NCBI GenBank assembly: GCA_963851265.1
Contig: CAWKNZ010000007.1
Coordinates: 512,001 to 576,000 of the forward strand
Source of the DNA: an uncultured Gemmatimonadales bacterium
Lineage (GTDB): Bacteria; Gemmatimonadota; Gemmatimonadetes; Gemmatimonadales; Gemmatimonadaceae
DNA length: 64,000 nt
Direction: 5' to 3'
The position numbers were made by a program, and so were the translations under genes. The notes under the pieces are model-generated. The model saw nothing but the letters and a program-made list of their open reading frames with translations, was not told the DNA's origin and did not search any database. Position 1 is the stretch's first letter; the number at the start of each line of letters is the position of its first letter. This document shows, in pieces, positions 30,028-38,403 of the stretch.

Positions 30028-32082
30028 TCACCAGATCCGCACCCGGGCCGTCGGCGCGAGGTAGAGCGCCTCGCCGGGCTGCACGGCGAACGGCGCGTAC
30101 CACGCGTCGAGGTTCCGCACCGTGAGCGCGCGCCACGGGGCGGGCGCGTGCGCGTTGGTCAGCAGCTGCCGCCGGAGCGCGGGCTCGCGGAACTTGCCGC
30201 GCCAGATCTGCGCCCAGCTCAGGAAGAACTGCTGGTCGCCTGTGAGCCCGCCCACCGTCGGCGCCGGCGCGCCGCCGAGCGAGGCGCGGAACGCGTCGTA
30301 CGCGGCGCTCACCCCGGCCAGGTCCGCGATGTCCTCGCTCAACGTCTGCTGGCCGTTGATCGCGAGGTCGGGCAGGGGGTGGTACGCGTCGTACTGCCGC
30401 GCCAGCGCCTGCGTCGAGGCCTGGAAGTGTGCCAGGTCCGCGGGCGTCCACCAGTTCCGCAGCCGTCCGTGCGCGTCGAAGTTCGCGCCGAGGTTGTCGA
30501 AGCTGTGGCTGATCTCGTGGCCGATCACCGCGCCGATGCCGCCGTAGTTCATCGCGTCCGCGCGCGACGCGTCGAAGAACGGCGGCTGCAGGATCGCGGC
30601 GGGGAAGTTGAGCACGTTCATCGCCGGCATGTTCACCGCATTGACCATCTGCGGCGTCATCACCCACTCGCCGCGGTCGACCGGTCGCCGGAGTCGGGCG
30701 AGGCTCCGCTCGTAGGCGAGGCGCTCCACCCGGTCGACGTTGCCGTACGCGTCGTCCGCCGCGACGCGCAGCCCCGCGTCGCTCGGCCAGCGGTCGGGGT
30801 AGCCCACGCTCACCTGCAACGTCCGGAGCTTCGCCTTCGCCTCCGCCTTCGTGGAGGGCGCCATCCAGTCGAGCGCGTCGATGCGGCGCTCGAACGCGCG
30901 GACGATGCCGGCCACCATCGTCTGCGCGCGCGCCTTCGCGCTGGCCGGGAAGTAGCGGTCGACGTACTGGTGACCGACGGCGAAGCCTAACAGTTCGCTC
31001 GTCGCGGCCACGGCGCGCCGGTCGCGGCCCATCTGGTCGGGCGCACCGCCCAACGTATTCCCGAAGAACGCGAACGCCTCGCGGTCGACGGCGGGCGGGA
31101 GGACGGCCGCGTGGTCCTCGACCGCGTGGTAGGCCAGCAGGGCCTTCCACGCGTCGAGCGGCTGACTCCCGGCGAGCGCGGCAATCCCCGTGATCGCGCT
31201 CGGCTGCCAGGCGACGACCGAATCCTGGTCGGCGATGCGCGCGGCCACGAAGAACGTCGCCCAGTCGAGCCCCGGCGCCTTGCGCGCGAAGTCCGCCCGC
31301 GCCCAGTGATTGTTGCCCTTGGCCGGATCCTCGCTGTCCTCGACCTTCCAGTGCACCTGCGCGATCCGCGTCTCGAGCGCGAGCACGGCGTCCGCGCGGG
31401 TGGCCGCCTCGTCGACGCCGGCGAGGGTGAGCATCCGCGCCACGTGGGCCCGGTACGCGTCGCGCGCGGCGGCCATCTTCGGCGCGGCGTCGAGGTAGTA
31501 GCTGCGGTCGGGGAGTTCGAGGCCGCCCTGCATCAGCGCGGCCGAGTTGCGCGTCGGGCGGTTGAAGTCCTGCGCGACCCAGAGCCCGAACGGGTTGCTC
31601 GTGTGGAGCGTGCCGAGGTTGATCGGGTCGACGTCGGCGCGGAGGTGTGCGCCCATGAAGCGGGCGAGCGCGCGGCGGTCGCCGATCGCGGCGATGCTGT
31701 CGAGCAACGGCCGGATGGGCGCCGACCCGCGCGCGGCGATCGCGGAAGTGTCGACGAAGCTCGTGTAGAAATCACCGATCCTGCGCAGGTCGGAGCCCGC
31801 CGGCGCGTGCGCCGCCGCCGCCTGGTGTACGATGGCGGTCAGCTGCGTATCCGCGCGCTCGCCGGCGATGTTGAACCCGCCGTAGCTGCTCCGGTCGGGC
31901 GGGATCGTCGTCCGGCGCTCCCACCCGCCGTTGGCATAGCGGTAGAAGTCATCGCCCGGACGCACCATCGTGTCCATGCCCGCGGCGTCGAGACCGGGCA
32001 CCGCGCGCTGGGCGGTGAGTGTGGTGCAGGGGACGAGCGCGGCGACGCATGCCAGCGCGAGGCCGGCGAGGGGACGGATCAC
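30028..32082 (-). CDS. M13 family metalloendopeptidase, secreted
   Basis: PGDDFYRYANG, VNA, HEISH zinc motif, EDIAD. Confidence 0.95.
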   Translation of the reverse strand: MIRPLAGLALACVAALVPCTTLTAQRAVPGLDAAGMDTMVRPGDDFYRYANGGWERRTTIPPDRSSYGGFNIAGERADTQLTAIVHQAAAAHAPAGSDLRRIGDFYTSFVDTSAIAARGSAPIRPLLDSIAAIGDRRALARFMGAHLRADVDPINLGTLHTSNPFGLWVAQDFNRPTRNSAALMQGGLELPDRSYYLDAAPKMAAARDAYRAHVARMLTLAGVDEAATRADAVLALETRIAQVHWKVEDSEDPAKGNNHWARADFARKAPGLDWATFFVAARIADQDSVVAWQPSAITGIAALAGSQPLDAWKALLAYHAVEDHAAVLPPAVDREAFAFFGNTLGGAPDQMGRDRRAVAATSELLGFAVGHQYVDRYFPASAKARAQTMVAGIVRAFERRIDALDWMAPSTKAEAKAKLRTLQVSVGYPDRWPSDAGLRVAADDAYGNVDRVERLAYERSLARLRRPVDRGEWVMTPQMVNAVNMPAMNVLNFPAAILQPPFFDASRADAMNYGGIGAVIGHEISHSFDNLGANFDAHGRLRNWWTPADLAHFQASTQALARQYDAYHPLPDLAINGQQTLSEDIADLAGVSAAYDAFRASLGGAPAPTVGGLTGDQQFFLSWAQIWRGKFREPALRRQLLTNAHAPAPWRALTVRNLDAWYAPFAVQPGEALYLAPTARVRIW

Positions 32083-32319
32083 GCGACGGCTGGGTACGTG
32101 GGAGGTACTGGGAACGGGACCGGTGCGACCGGCAAGCTAGTCGTGGGAATCCGAGGTCGCGGCCGGCGATCGCGCGCGGCGCCCCCGTCCGGCGGAGCAG
32201 GACGCGGACCCAGGACGCGGGACGCAGGATGTCTCGAAACGCGCGGCGGCGTCCGTGCCGCTTGACCGCCGGGGCCACGGGGCGCTACACCCTGCCATGC
32301 CGCGCGTGGCAACGATGCC

Positions 32320-33195
32320 ATGCCTCCGCGGCGTTCGTCGCCTCTCCAGACGTCGTGCCCGACGTTGCCCTTTCTGCGCGTGATCACTTTCGACCAGACG
32401 TCCACGCCCGCGCGGCGCGCGGTTCGCCCGATCGGTGGCCCGCGCCGCGGACTCGCCGTAGTCGTGAGTGCGGCCACGTTGAGCGCGTGCCCAACAGCGG
32501 TGCGTGCACAGTCGGAGCGCGCCCTCGCCGCGTGGAACGGGCTCATGCTGACCCCGATCGGGGCCCTACCGCCACTCCCGCTCGACGAGCCGGTCCGCGC
32601 TGACGGCGCGCCGCCTCTGGCGTTCGCGCTCCAGTACGGCCACTGGCGGTACAACGCCGACGACTCGGGTCACGAGAACGCCGGGCTGACCGTCGCGCGC
32701 CGCATCGGGCGCACGCGCAGTCAGGTCCTGCTCACGGGCCTCTACATCGCGCCTCCGTGCGGCGCGTGCTCGGCGTGGGGCTCGGCCGGGCTGGAGCTCC
32801 GCTCGACGCTCTGGCGCGGCGAGAGTCGCCGCACGGGCGACGTCGACCCGGACGGGCGCCTCGCGGCGGCCCTCGGGTTCCGCGTGACGGCCGCGGCCGC
32901 ACGCTACCTGGGGCCGACGTACGCCGCAGCCCGAAGCGCTGCCGCGGCCGTCACGCTCGGCAGCAGCGTGCGGCTCACGCGCGGCATCCGGCTCACGGCG
33001 GCCGCCCTGCCGGGGGTCGGCGTCGGCTCGGTCACGAGTGAGGACGAGACCGGCCGCGGCGCCCGGACGATGCTCGGCGGTATGGTCGGAGGCGAGTTCG
33101 GCCGGCACGTCGTGGTCGACGCCGCGGCGCAACGGATCACGCTGCCGGGCGGCCCGACCCAGCTCGGGGTCACCGTCGCGTGGCAGCCCCGGTGA
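32320..33195 (+). CDS. Hypothetical exported protein, possibly outer-membrane beta-barrel
   Basis: Signal-like segment ending VRA-Q, alternating hydrophobic strands, C-terminal GVTVAW; stop overlaps next start; start uncertain. Confidence 0.5.
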   Translation: MPPRRSSPLQTSCPTLPFLRVITFDQTSTPARRAVRPIGGPRRGLAVVVSAATLSACPTAVRAQSERALAAWNGLMLTPIGALPPLPLDEPVRADGAPPLAFALQYGHWRYNADDSGHENAGLTVARRIGRTRSQVLLTGLYIAPPCGACSAWGSAGLELRSTLWRGESRRTGDVDPDGRLAAALGFRVTAAAARYLGPTYAAARSAAAAVTLGSSVRLTRGIRLTAAALPGVGVGSVTSEDETGRGARTMLGGMVGGEFGRHVVVDAAAQRITLPGGPTQLGVTVAWQPR

Positions 33196-34163
33196 GGCAC
33201 ACGACCGTGCGAGGTCTCGCCATCGCGGCCGCCGCGGGCGCGGCGGCCCTGCTCGCCGGCGCGGGGTGCGGAGGGGACGCGGGGGTCGGACCCGAGGGGG
33301 ATTGGCGTCCCGGGACCGCCGGGTACTCGGTCGTGGTGGGTGACCTCACGCGCACGTTCCTCGTGCACGTCCCCGCCCACCGTCCGACGAGCACGTCGGG
33401 CGCGCTGCGCGCGTACCCGCTCGTGCTCATGCTGCACGGAAGCAACGCGGAGGGCGCGAACGTCGAGTACGCGTCGCGGATGGACTCCCTGAGCGAGGCG
33501 TACGGGTACGTGATCGCGTATCCGAACGCCGTGCGCGGCGGGGGTGGTCTGTATCCCGCCGATTGGAATGCCGGCACGTGCTGCGGCGCGGCGCAGCGCG
33601 AACAGATCGACGACGTCGGCTTTCTGGCCGCGGTGGTAGCCGCGGCCGCCAAACAGCTTCCCATCGACTCGCGCCGCGTGTACGTCGCCGGGTTCTCGTC
33701 GGGCGCGCTGATGGCCTACCACGCGGCGTGCCGCCTGGCGCCGACGATCGCGGCGGTCGGCGTGATCGAGGGCAGCCTGAACGACGACCGGTGCACGCCG
33801 GCCAAGCCGGTCCCGGTCTTCGCGGTGCAGGGCACGAGCGACGAGTCGGTCCGCTACGACGACCCATCGCTCACCCCGCCGCCGCGGCCCGTCCCGCCCG
33901 CGGCAGCGGCACTGCCGCCGAGCGTTCAGTTCTGGGTTGCGGCGGACGGCTGCCAGACGGCCCGTGCGACCCAGACCGCCCCGCACGTGCTGCGGACGAG
34001 TTTCACGGGGTGCACGGGCGCGGACGTCACGCTGTTCACGATCGATGGAGGCCAGCACGGGTGGCCGGGAGAGCCCGACGGGCTTGGCGCCCAGGAGCCG
34101 ATGTCCGAACTGAACGCCAGCGCGGCGATGCTGACGTTCTTCGCGCAGCATCGGCAACGCTGA
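33192..34163 (+). CDS. PHB-depolymerase/LpqC-like alpha/beta-hydrolase esterase, probable lipoprotein
   Basis: LMLHG, WNAGTCCG, DDVGF, GFSSG nucleophile elbow, GTSD, GQHGWPG; LAGAGC lipobox-like. Confidence 0.88.
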   Translation: MRHTTVRGLAIAAAAGAAALLAGAGCGGDAGVGPEGDWRPGTAGYSVVVGDLTRTFLVHVPAHRPTSTSGALRAYPLVLMLHGSNAEGANVEYASRMDSLSEAYGYVIAYPNAVRGGGGLYPADWNAGTCCGAAQREQIDDVGFLAAVVAAAAKQLPIDSRRVYVAGFSSGALMAYHAACRLAPTIAAVGVIEGSLNDDRCTPAKPVPVFAVQGTSDESVRYDDPSLTPPPRPVPPAAAALPPSVQFWVAADGCQTARATQTAPHVLRTSFTGCTGADVTLFTIDGGQHGWPGEPDGLGAQEPMSELNASAAMLTFFAQHRQR

Positions 34164-34565
34164 CGGCGTGCGCTTCTGGAGGCGTCGAGGGTCGCGCCTG
34201 GCATCGGCCACCGCACCCTCGAGATCGAACCGCCGGCGGGCCATGCGGTGCGGTGCGCGCGTGCGCAGCGCGTCGTCGAGTGACGCGCGCAAGTTGCCGA
34301 CGCCGGACCGGGCTGCGTCGGCCGGGTTCGCGTCGGGGAACACGTCGAACGGCGGGCGCTCGAGCGTGCCTCGCGCGTCGTGTGCGCCACCCGCGGGTCG
34401 AGCGCGCGCCCGCCCGCACCCGCCGTCGCGGGCAAGTCCCGAACAGGCCGGCGGGTGATGTTCGGCATCAGGTGGCGGGAAACGCGGGGAGACAACAGGA
34501 TGCACGGTGTCCTCGGCGGGCGCATCCGTGCCCATCGGCTGCCACGATCACCGCTTCCTCCCGCG

Positions 34566-34826
34566 ATGTCCACGCTCTCCCGTCCGTCTCCCATTCGGTC
34601 GGATGCGTTGCGCCTGGGCGCGCTGGCGGCGGACCGCGCGCTGCACGCGGCGTGGCAGGTGCGCCGTGGACGGCCGATCGCCGTCGGCCTGCTTCACGTC
34701 GTCGGGATCGCGTGCGCGGCGCTCGGCGCGATCCCGTACGTCGGGGCGGGGCGGAGCCCGCACGCACTCGGCTACGTGCTCGCCAGCACGCTCATCCTCG
34801 CGGGCGCCGGATGGCGACGTTCGTAG
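34566..34826 (+). CDS. Small hypothetical membrane protein
   Basis: Two hydrophobic segments; sits just upstream of the VOC gene. Confidence 0.4.
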   Translation: MSTLSRPSPIRSDALRLGALAADRALHAAWQVRRGRPIAVGLLHVVGIACAALGAIPYVGAGRSPHALGYVLASTLILAGAGWRRS

Positions 34827-34861
34827 CGCCCCCGCCCCGCATCGCCGACTCCTGACTTCCC

Positions 34862-35230
34862 ATGCCACCACCCGACCTCGCCATCCCCACGCTGCCGAGC
34901 CGCTCGATTCCGGCCACCCTCGCCTTCTACGCACGGTTGGGGTTCTCCGGCCGGGTGCTCGGGGCCGACGCTGCATACGCCGCCGTCACGCGGGGGAGCG
35001 TCGAGCTGCACTTCTTCGCGCACCCCGCGCTGCGCCCCGCCGAGTCGCACGCGGGATGCTACGTCCGCGTGACGAACGTCGACGCGCTGTACGCCGCACT
35101 CGCGGCGGCAGCGCTGCCCCCGGCCGGCATCCCCCGCATGGAGGCCGTGGCCGACAAGCCCTGGGGCATGCGGGAGTTCGCCGTCGTGGACCCCGACGGC
35201 AACCTGCTGCGCATCGGACAGGTGCGCTGA
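34862..35230 (+). CDS. Bleomycin-resistance/VOC family protein
   Basis: AIPTLP, FYARLGF, ELHFF, KPWGMREFAVVDPDGNLLRIG. Confidence 0.9.
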   Translation: MPPPDLAIPTLPSRSIPATLAFYARLGFSGRVLGADAAYAAVTRGSVELHFFAHPALRPAESHAGCYVRVTNVDALYAALAAAALPPAGIPRMEAVADKPWGMREFAVVDPDGNLLRIGQVR

Positions 35231-35431
35231 GACAGTCGCGCCGCGGGGGTGAGGCCGCACGGCCGCGCGGGCCGCCTAACGTGTCCGCCGATCGGTCGCG
35301 GCGGTCGACGTCGGGCGATGGACCGACGCGGCGCAGAGTCCGCGCCCCGCCACGCACGCTGGTGTCGTATCGCCCGCCGGTCGGCGCCGCCGTCCACCGC
35401 GCGCCCGGCCTTCGCTACTGTCCTCGTCGCC

Positions 35432-37474
35432 ATGACCGACTCACCTCTCCGCCCATCGCACGCATCCGCTGCGGACACCGAGCTCCGCCTGGCGGTCGAG
35501 CGGGCGCTCGGCGGCTCGTACGCCCTCGGGGCGGAGTTGGACGGCGGCGGCATGGCGCGCGTATTCGTCGCGCACGACGAGGCGCTGGGCCGCGACGTGG
35601 TCGTCAAGGTGCTCGCGCCCGGCCGCGCGGGCGACGGCGCAGCCGAGCGCTTCGCGCGCGAGGCGCGCACGGCCGCCCGGTTGCAGGAGCCCCACATCGT
35701 CCCGGTACTCGGGGTCGGCGCGACCGCGGGCGGGCGGCCGTACGGCGGGCTTCCCTACTACACGATGCCGTTCGTGCGGGGCGAGTCGCTACGCGCGCGC
35801 CTGGCCCGGGGCGGCGCGCTCGCGCCGCGCGAGGGCGTCGCGGTGCTTCGAGACGTCGCGACGGCCCTCGCCTACGCGCACGCGCGCGGCGTGGTGCACC
35901 GCGACCTCAAGCCGGGCAACGTGTTGCTCGCCGCCGGCGGCGCCGGACCCACCGCGCTCGTGATCGACTTCGGGATCGCGAAGGCGCTGCGCGCGGCCGC
36001 CGGCGCCGACGCAGTGCTCACCGGTACGGCGCTCACCGGCGCCGGGCTCACGGCGTCGGGCGTGGTCGTGGGGACCCCGGCGTACATGGCGCCGGAGCAG
36101 GCGGCGGCCGATCCGGCCCTCGACGCGCGCGCCGACCTCTACGCCTGGGGGGTGGTCGCTTACGAGGCGCTCGCGGGACGGCACCCATTCGCGCACCGCC
36201 CGACGCCGGCCGCCCTCCTCGTCGCCCATCTCACCGAACGCCCCGCGCCGTTCGGCGACGCCGCGCCCGGGGTGCCGGCCGGGGTGGCCGAGGTCGTGAT
36301 GCGATGTCTCGAGAAGGACCCGGCGGACCGGCCCGGCGACGCCGGCGCGGTGCTCGACGCGCTCGATGCCGCGCTCGCGGCGCCGCCCGGGGCCGCTGAC
36401 GTCTGGCCCGCGCCGCTCCCGCGTCGCCGCATCGCGGCGCACCGCTTCCTGCTCACAGAAGCCGTCGTGCGGCGGCTCGAGCGCCCGGGGCGCGACCCAC
36501 GCCTCCTCGACCGCGCGCTCCACTACCTGGAGAACGACACGGCCAGCGACGTGCTGCTCTTCTGCGTGCACGGACTGGGGGGCGACGCCGACGAGTTCGT
36601 GCCGTTGCTCGAGCGCACGCCACATCGCGCCGTCGCCCCCACCCTGGTCGGCTTCGAACCGAGCGGCGACGCGCCGCGGGTCCCCCTCGCGCTCGCCGCG
36701 CACCTCGGCCTGCTGCGCGCCGTCCTCGCCGACGCGGCCGCGCGCCTCCGGCCGTCGCGCGTCGTACTGGTCGGCATGTCGTCCGGGGCGGACCTGATCC
36801 TGCGGCTGCTGGCGAGCGCGTCGGACCCGGGCGGGTCGAATGCTGGCGGGGTCGCCGACGCGCCACCGCTGCGCGCCGACGCGTGCCTCGCCCTCGGCCC
36901 CAACCTGTCGCGCGCCACCACGTTCGCGAGCCGGGTCTTTGCGGGCCTGGCGGATCGGCGCGCGCTCGACCAAGCCGCCCCGGAGGCGCCCGGCGCCACC
37001 ACGCGCGCGCTGCTGGACGACCTACGGCGCCTGGGCGCGGACGCCGTCGACCTGGACGAGTGGCTGAACCTGATGACGTACCAACTCCGGACCCTGCGCA
37101 AGTTCCGCGGCGACCTCGCGCCACTACGCCGCCTCGCCACCGACATCGTGCGCCCGTTCCAGCACCCGTTCGCGGGCCCGGTCTCGGCAGGTACGGAGGG
37201 GTCCGACGCTGGACCGGAGGAGGCGGAGGTGTTCGCGGGATGGTTCCGCGCGGCGAGCGCGCGCGTCGGGGCGATCCGTTGCGTCTTCGAGGCGAGCACG
37301 ACGTGCACGGCGCTCGTGCAGGCGCTCAGACTGCGAAACCTCGACGACGGGGTTCTCGGGCCTCGCTACCGCGAGGACGCCCTCTTCCTCGAACCGACGC
37401 CTGACCACTTCGCGCTCCTCGAGCCCGCGCGCATGACGCGCCACATCGACGCGCTGCTCGCGCAGCTCGCGTGA
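35432..37474 (+). CDS. Hanks-type Ser/Thr kinase fused to an alpha/beta-hydrolase domain
   Basis: GGGMARV, VVKV, HRDLKPGN, DFGIAK, GTPAYMAPEQ; then VHGLGG and VGMSSGA. Confidence 0.88.
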   Translation: MTDSPLRPSHASAADTELRLAVERALGGSYALGAELDGGGMARVFVAHDEALGRDVVVKVLAPGRAGDGAAERFAREARTAARLQEPHIVPVLGVGATAGGRPYGGLPYYTMPFVRGESLRARLARGGALAPREGVAVLRDVATALAYAHARGVVHRDLKPGNVLLAAGGAGPTALVIDFGIAKALRAAAGADAVLTGTALTGAGLTASGVVVGTPAYMAPEQAAADPALDARADLYAWGVVAYEALAGRHPFAHRPTPAALLVAHLTERPAPFGDAAPGVPAGVAEVVMRCLEKDPADRPGDAGAVLDALDAALAAPPGAADVWPAPLPRRRIAAHRFLLTEAVVRRLERPGRDPRLLDRALHYLENDTASDVLLFCVHGLGGDADEFVPLLERTPHRAVAPTLVGFEPSGDAPRVPLALAAHLGLLRAVLADAAARLRPSRVVLVGMSSGADLILRLLASASDPGGSNAGGVADAPPLRADACLALGPNLSRATTFASRVFAGLADRRALDQAAPEAPGATTRALLDDLRRLGADAVDLDEWLNLMTYQLRTLRKFRGDLAPLRRLATDIVRPFQHPFAGPVSAGTEGSDAGPEEAEVFAGWFRAASARVGAIRCVFEASTTCTALVQALRLRNLDDGVLGPRYREDALFLEPTPDHFALLEPARMTRHIDALLAQLA

Positions 37475-37732
37475 CGGGCCGCGGACTTCCGTCACGACGC
37501 GCTTCGGCGGACGGCACTGCTTCTCACAACGTGCCGTCCGTCTCTCCTGCAGCTTCCCGGCCGCGCAGGACGTGCACGTGAAGGTCCGCCCATCGGGCGC
37601 GAGTGTCATCCGGTAATCGCGCTCCTCCTTACCCGGCACCGGGATCACCGTCGCAGCCCCGGGCGCGTCGCCGCATTCTGCGCCGGGCGTATCCTGGCCC
37701 GGCTTGTAACGCAGCCCGGCTGCGGTACCGCC

Positions 37733-38047
37733 GATCCGGGCGAGCGCCCAAGCCGCGTGCTCGCGCACGAGCGGGTCGGCCTCGTCGAGCGCGCGCGCGA
37801 GCACGTCCGCGTCGTCCGCCGTCCGGACGTTGCCGAGCACCACGGCCGCGTTACGCCGGAGCCCGCGCAACTTGGCCCGTTTCATCGGCGAGCCGCGGAA
37901 CGCCACCGAAAACTCGTGCTGCGTCATGCCTAACAAGTCCCGCGCGAGCGTCCGCGCGTCCTTGCCGCCTAACGCGTCGCGAGCGGCATACGGCGAATCG
38001 CTAGGCAGTTCGCGCGCGAACCGCACGTTCCACGGGCACACGTCCTG
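37733..38047 (-). pseudogene. Diverged duplicate of the queG 3' end
   Basis: QDVCPWN...FRGSPMKRAKLRGLRRNAAVVLGN...PLVREHAAWAL, collinear with 40755-41069; no N-terminal part. Confidence 0.9.
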
Positions 38048-38403
38048 GGACGAGTGGCGGTATACCCAATTCGCGATCCCGCTGTCCCGCGGCGCGAGAA
38101 CTCTCCGTACGACAAGCACTTAGCTCGGCAAACCGCGGCCGGCGCCGCCGGATTTGCCCTTCCCCCCGCCCGGAGGACCCGCCCGCGTTCCGGAGCCGAC
38201 GCGGACCTGATAGAGGTAGGCCCGCCTCGTCGGACTCCGGCGGGCGCCCGCCCGGCGTGCCACGCTGCGCCACGCGGTCCCTCAGCCGGTGGTCGCGGTA
38301 CGCTCGGTGCCTCAGCGCACTGGGTTCCAGCGTCGCAGCTCGCGACGCAGCTTGCCGCAGCCGAGGGCGAGCCTGGGTGACCGTGACGGAGGAGCGGCAG
38401 ACG

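Noticed and set aside
34164..34565. Possible ncRNA or gene in a 400-bp gap
   Set aside because: No recognisable RNA family, convincing ORF or repeat structure by eye
37124..38119. 331-aa ORF as a functional second queG
   Set aside because: Only about 105 codons are QueG-like; the N-terminal domains and Fe-S cysteines are missing and the rest is read-through
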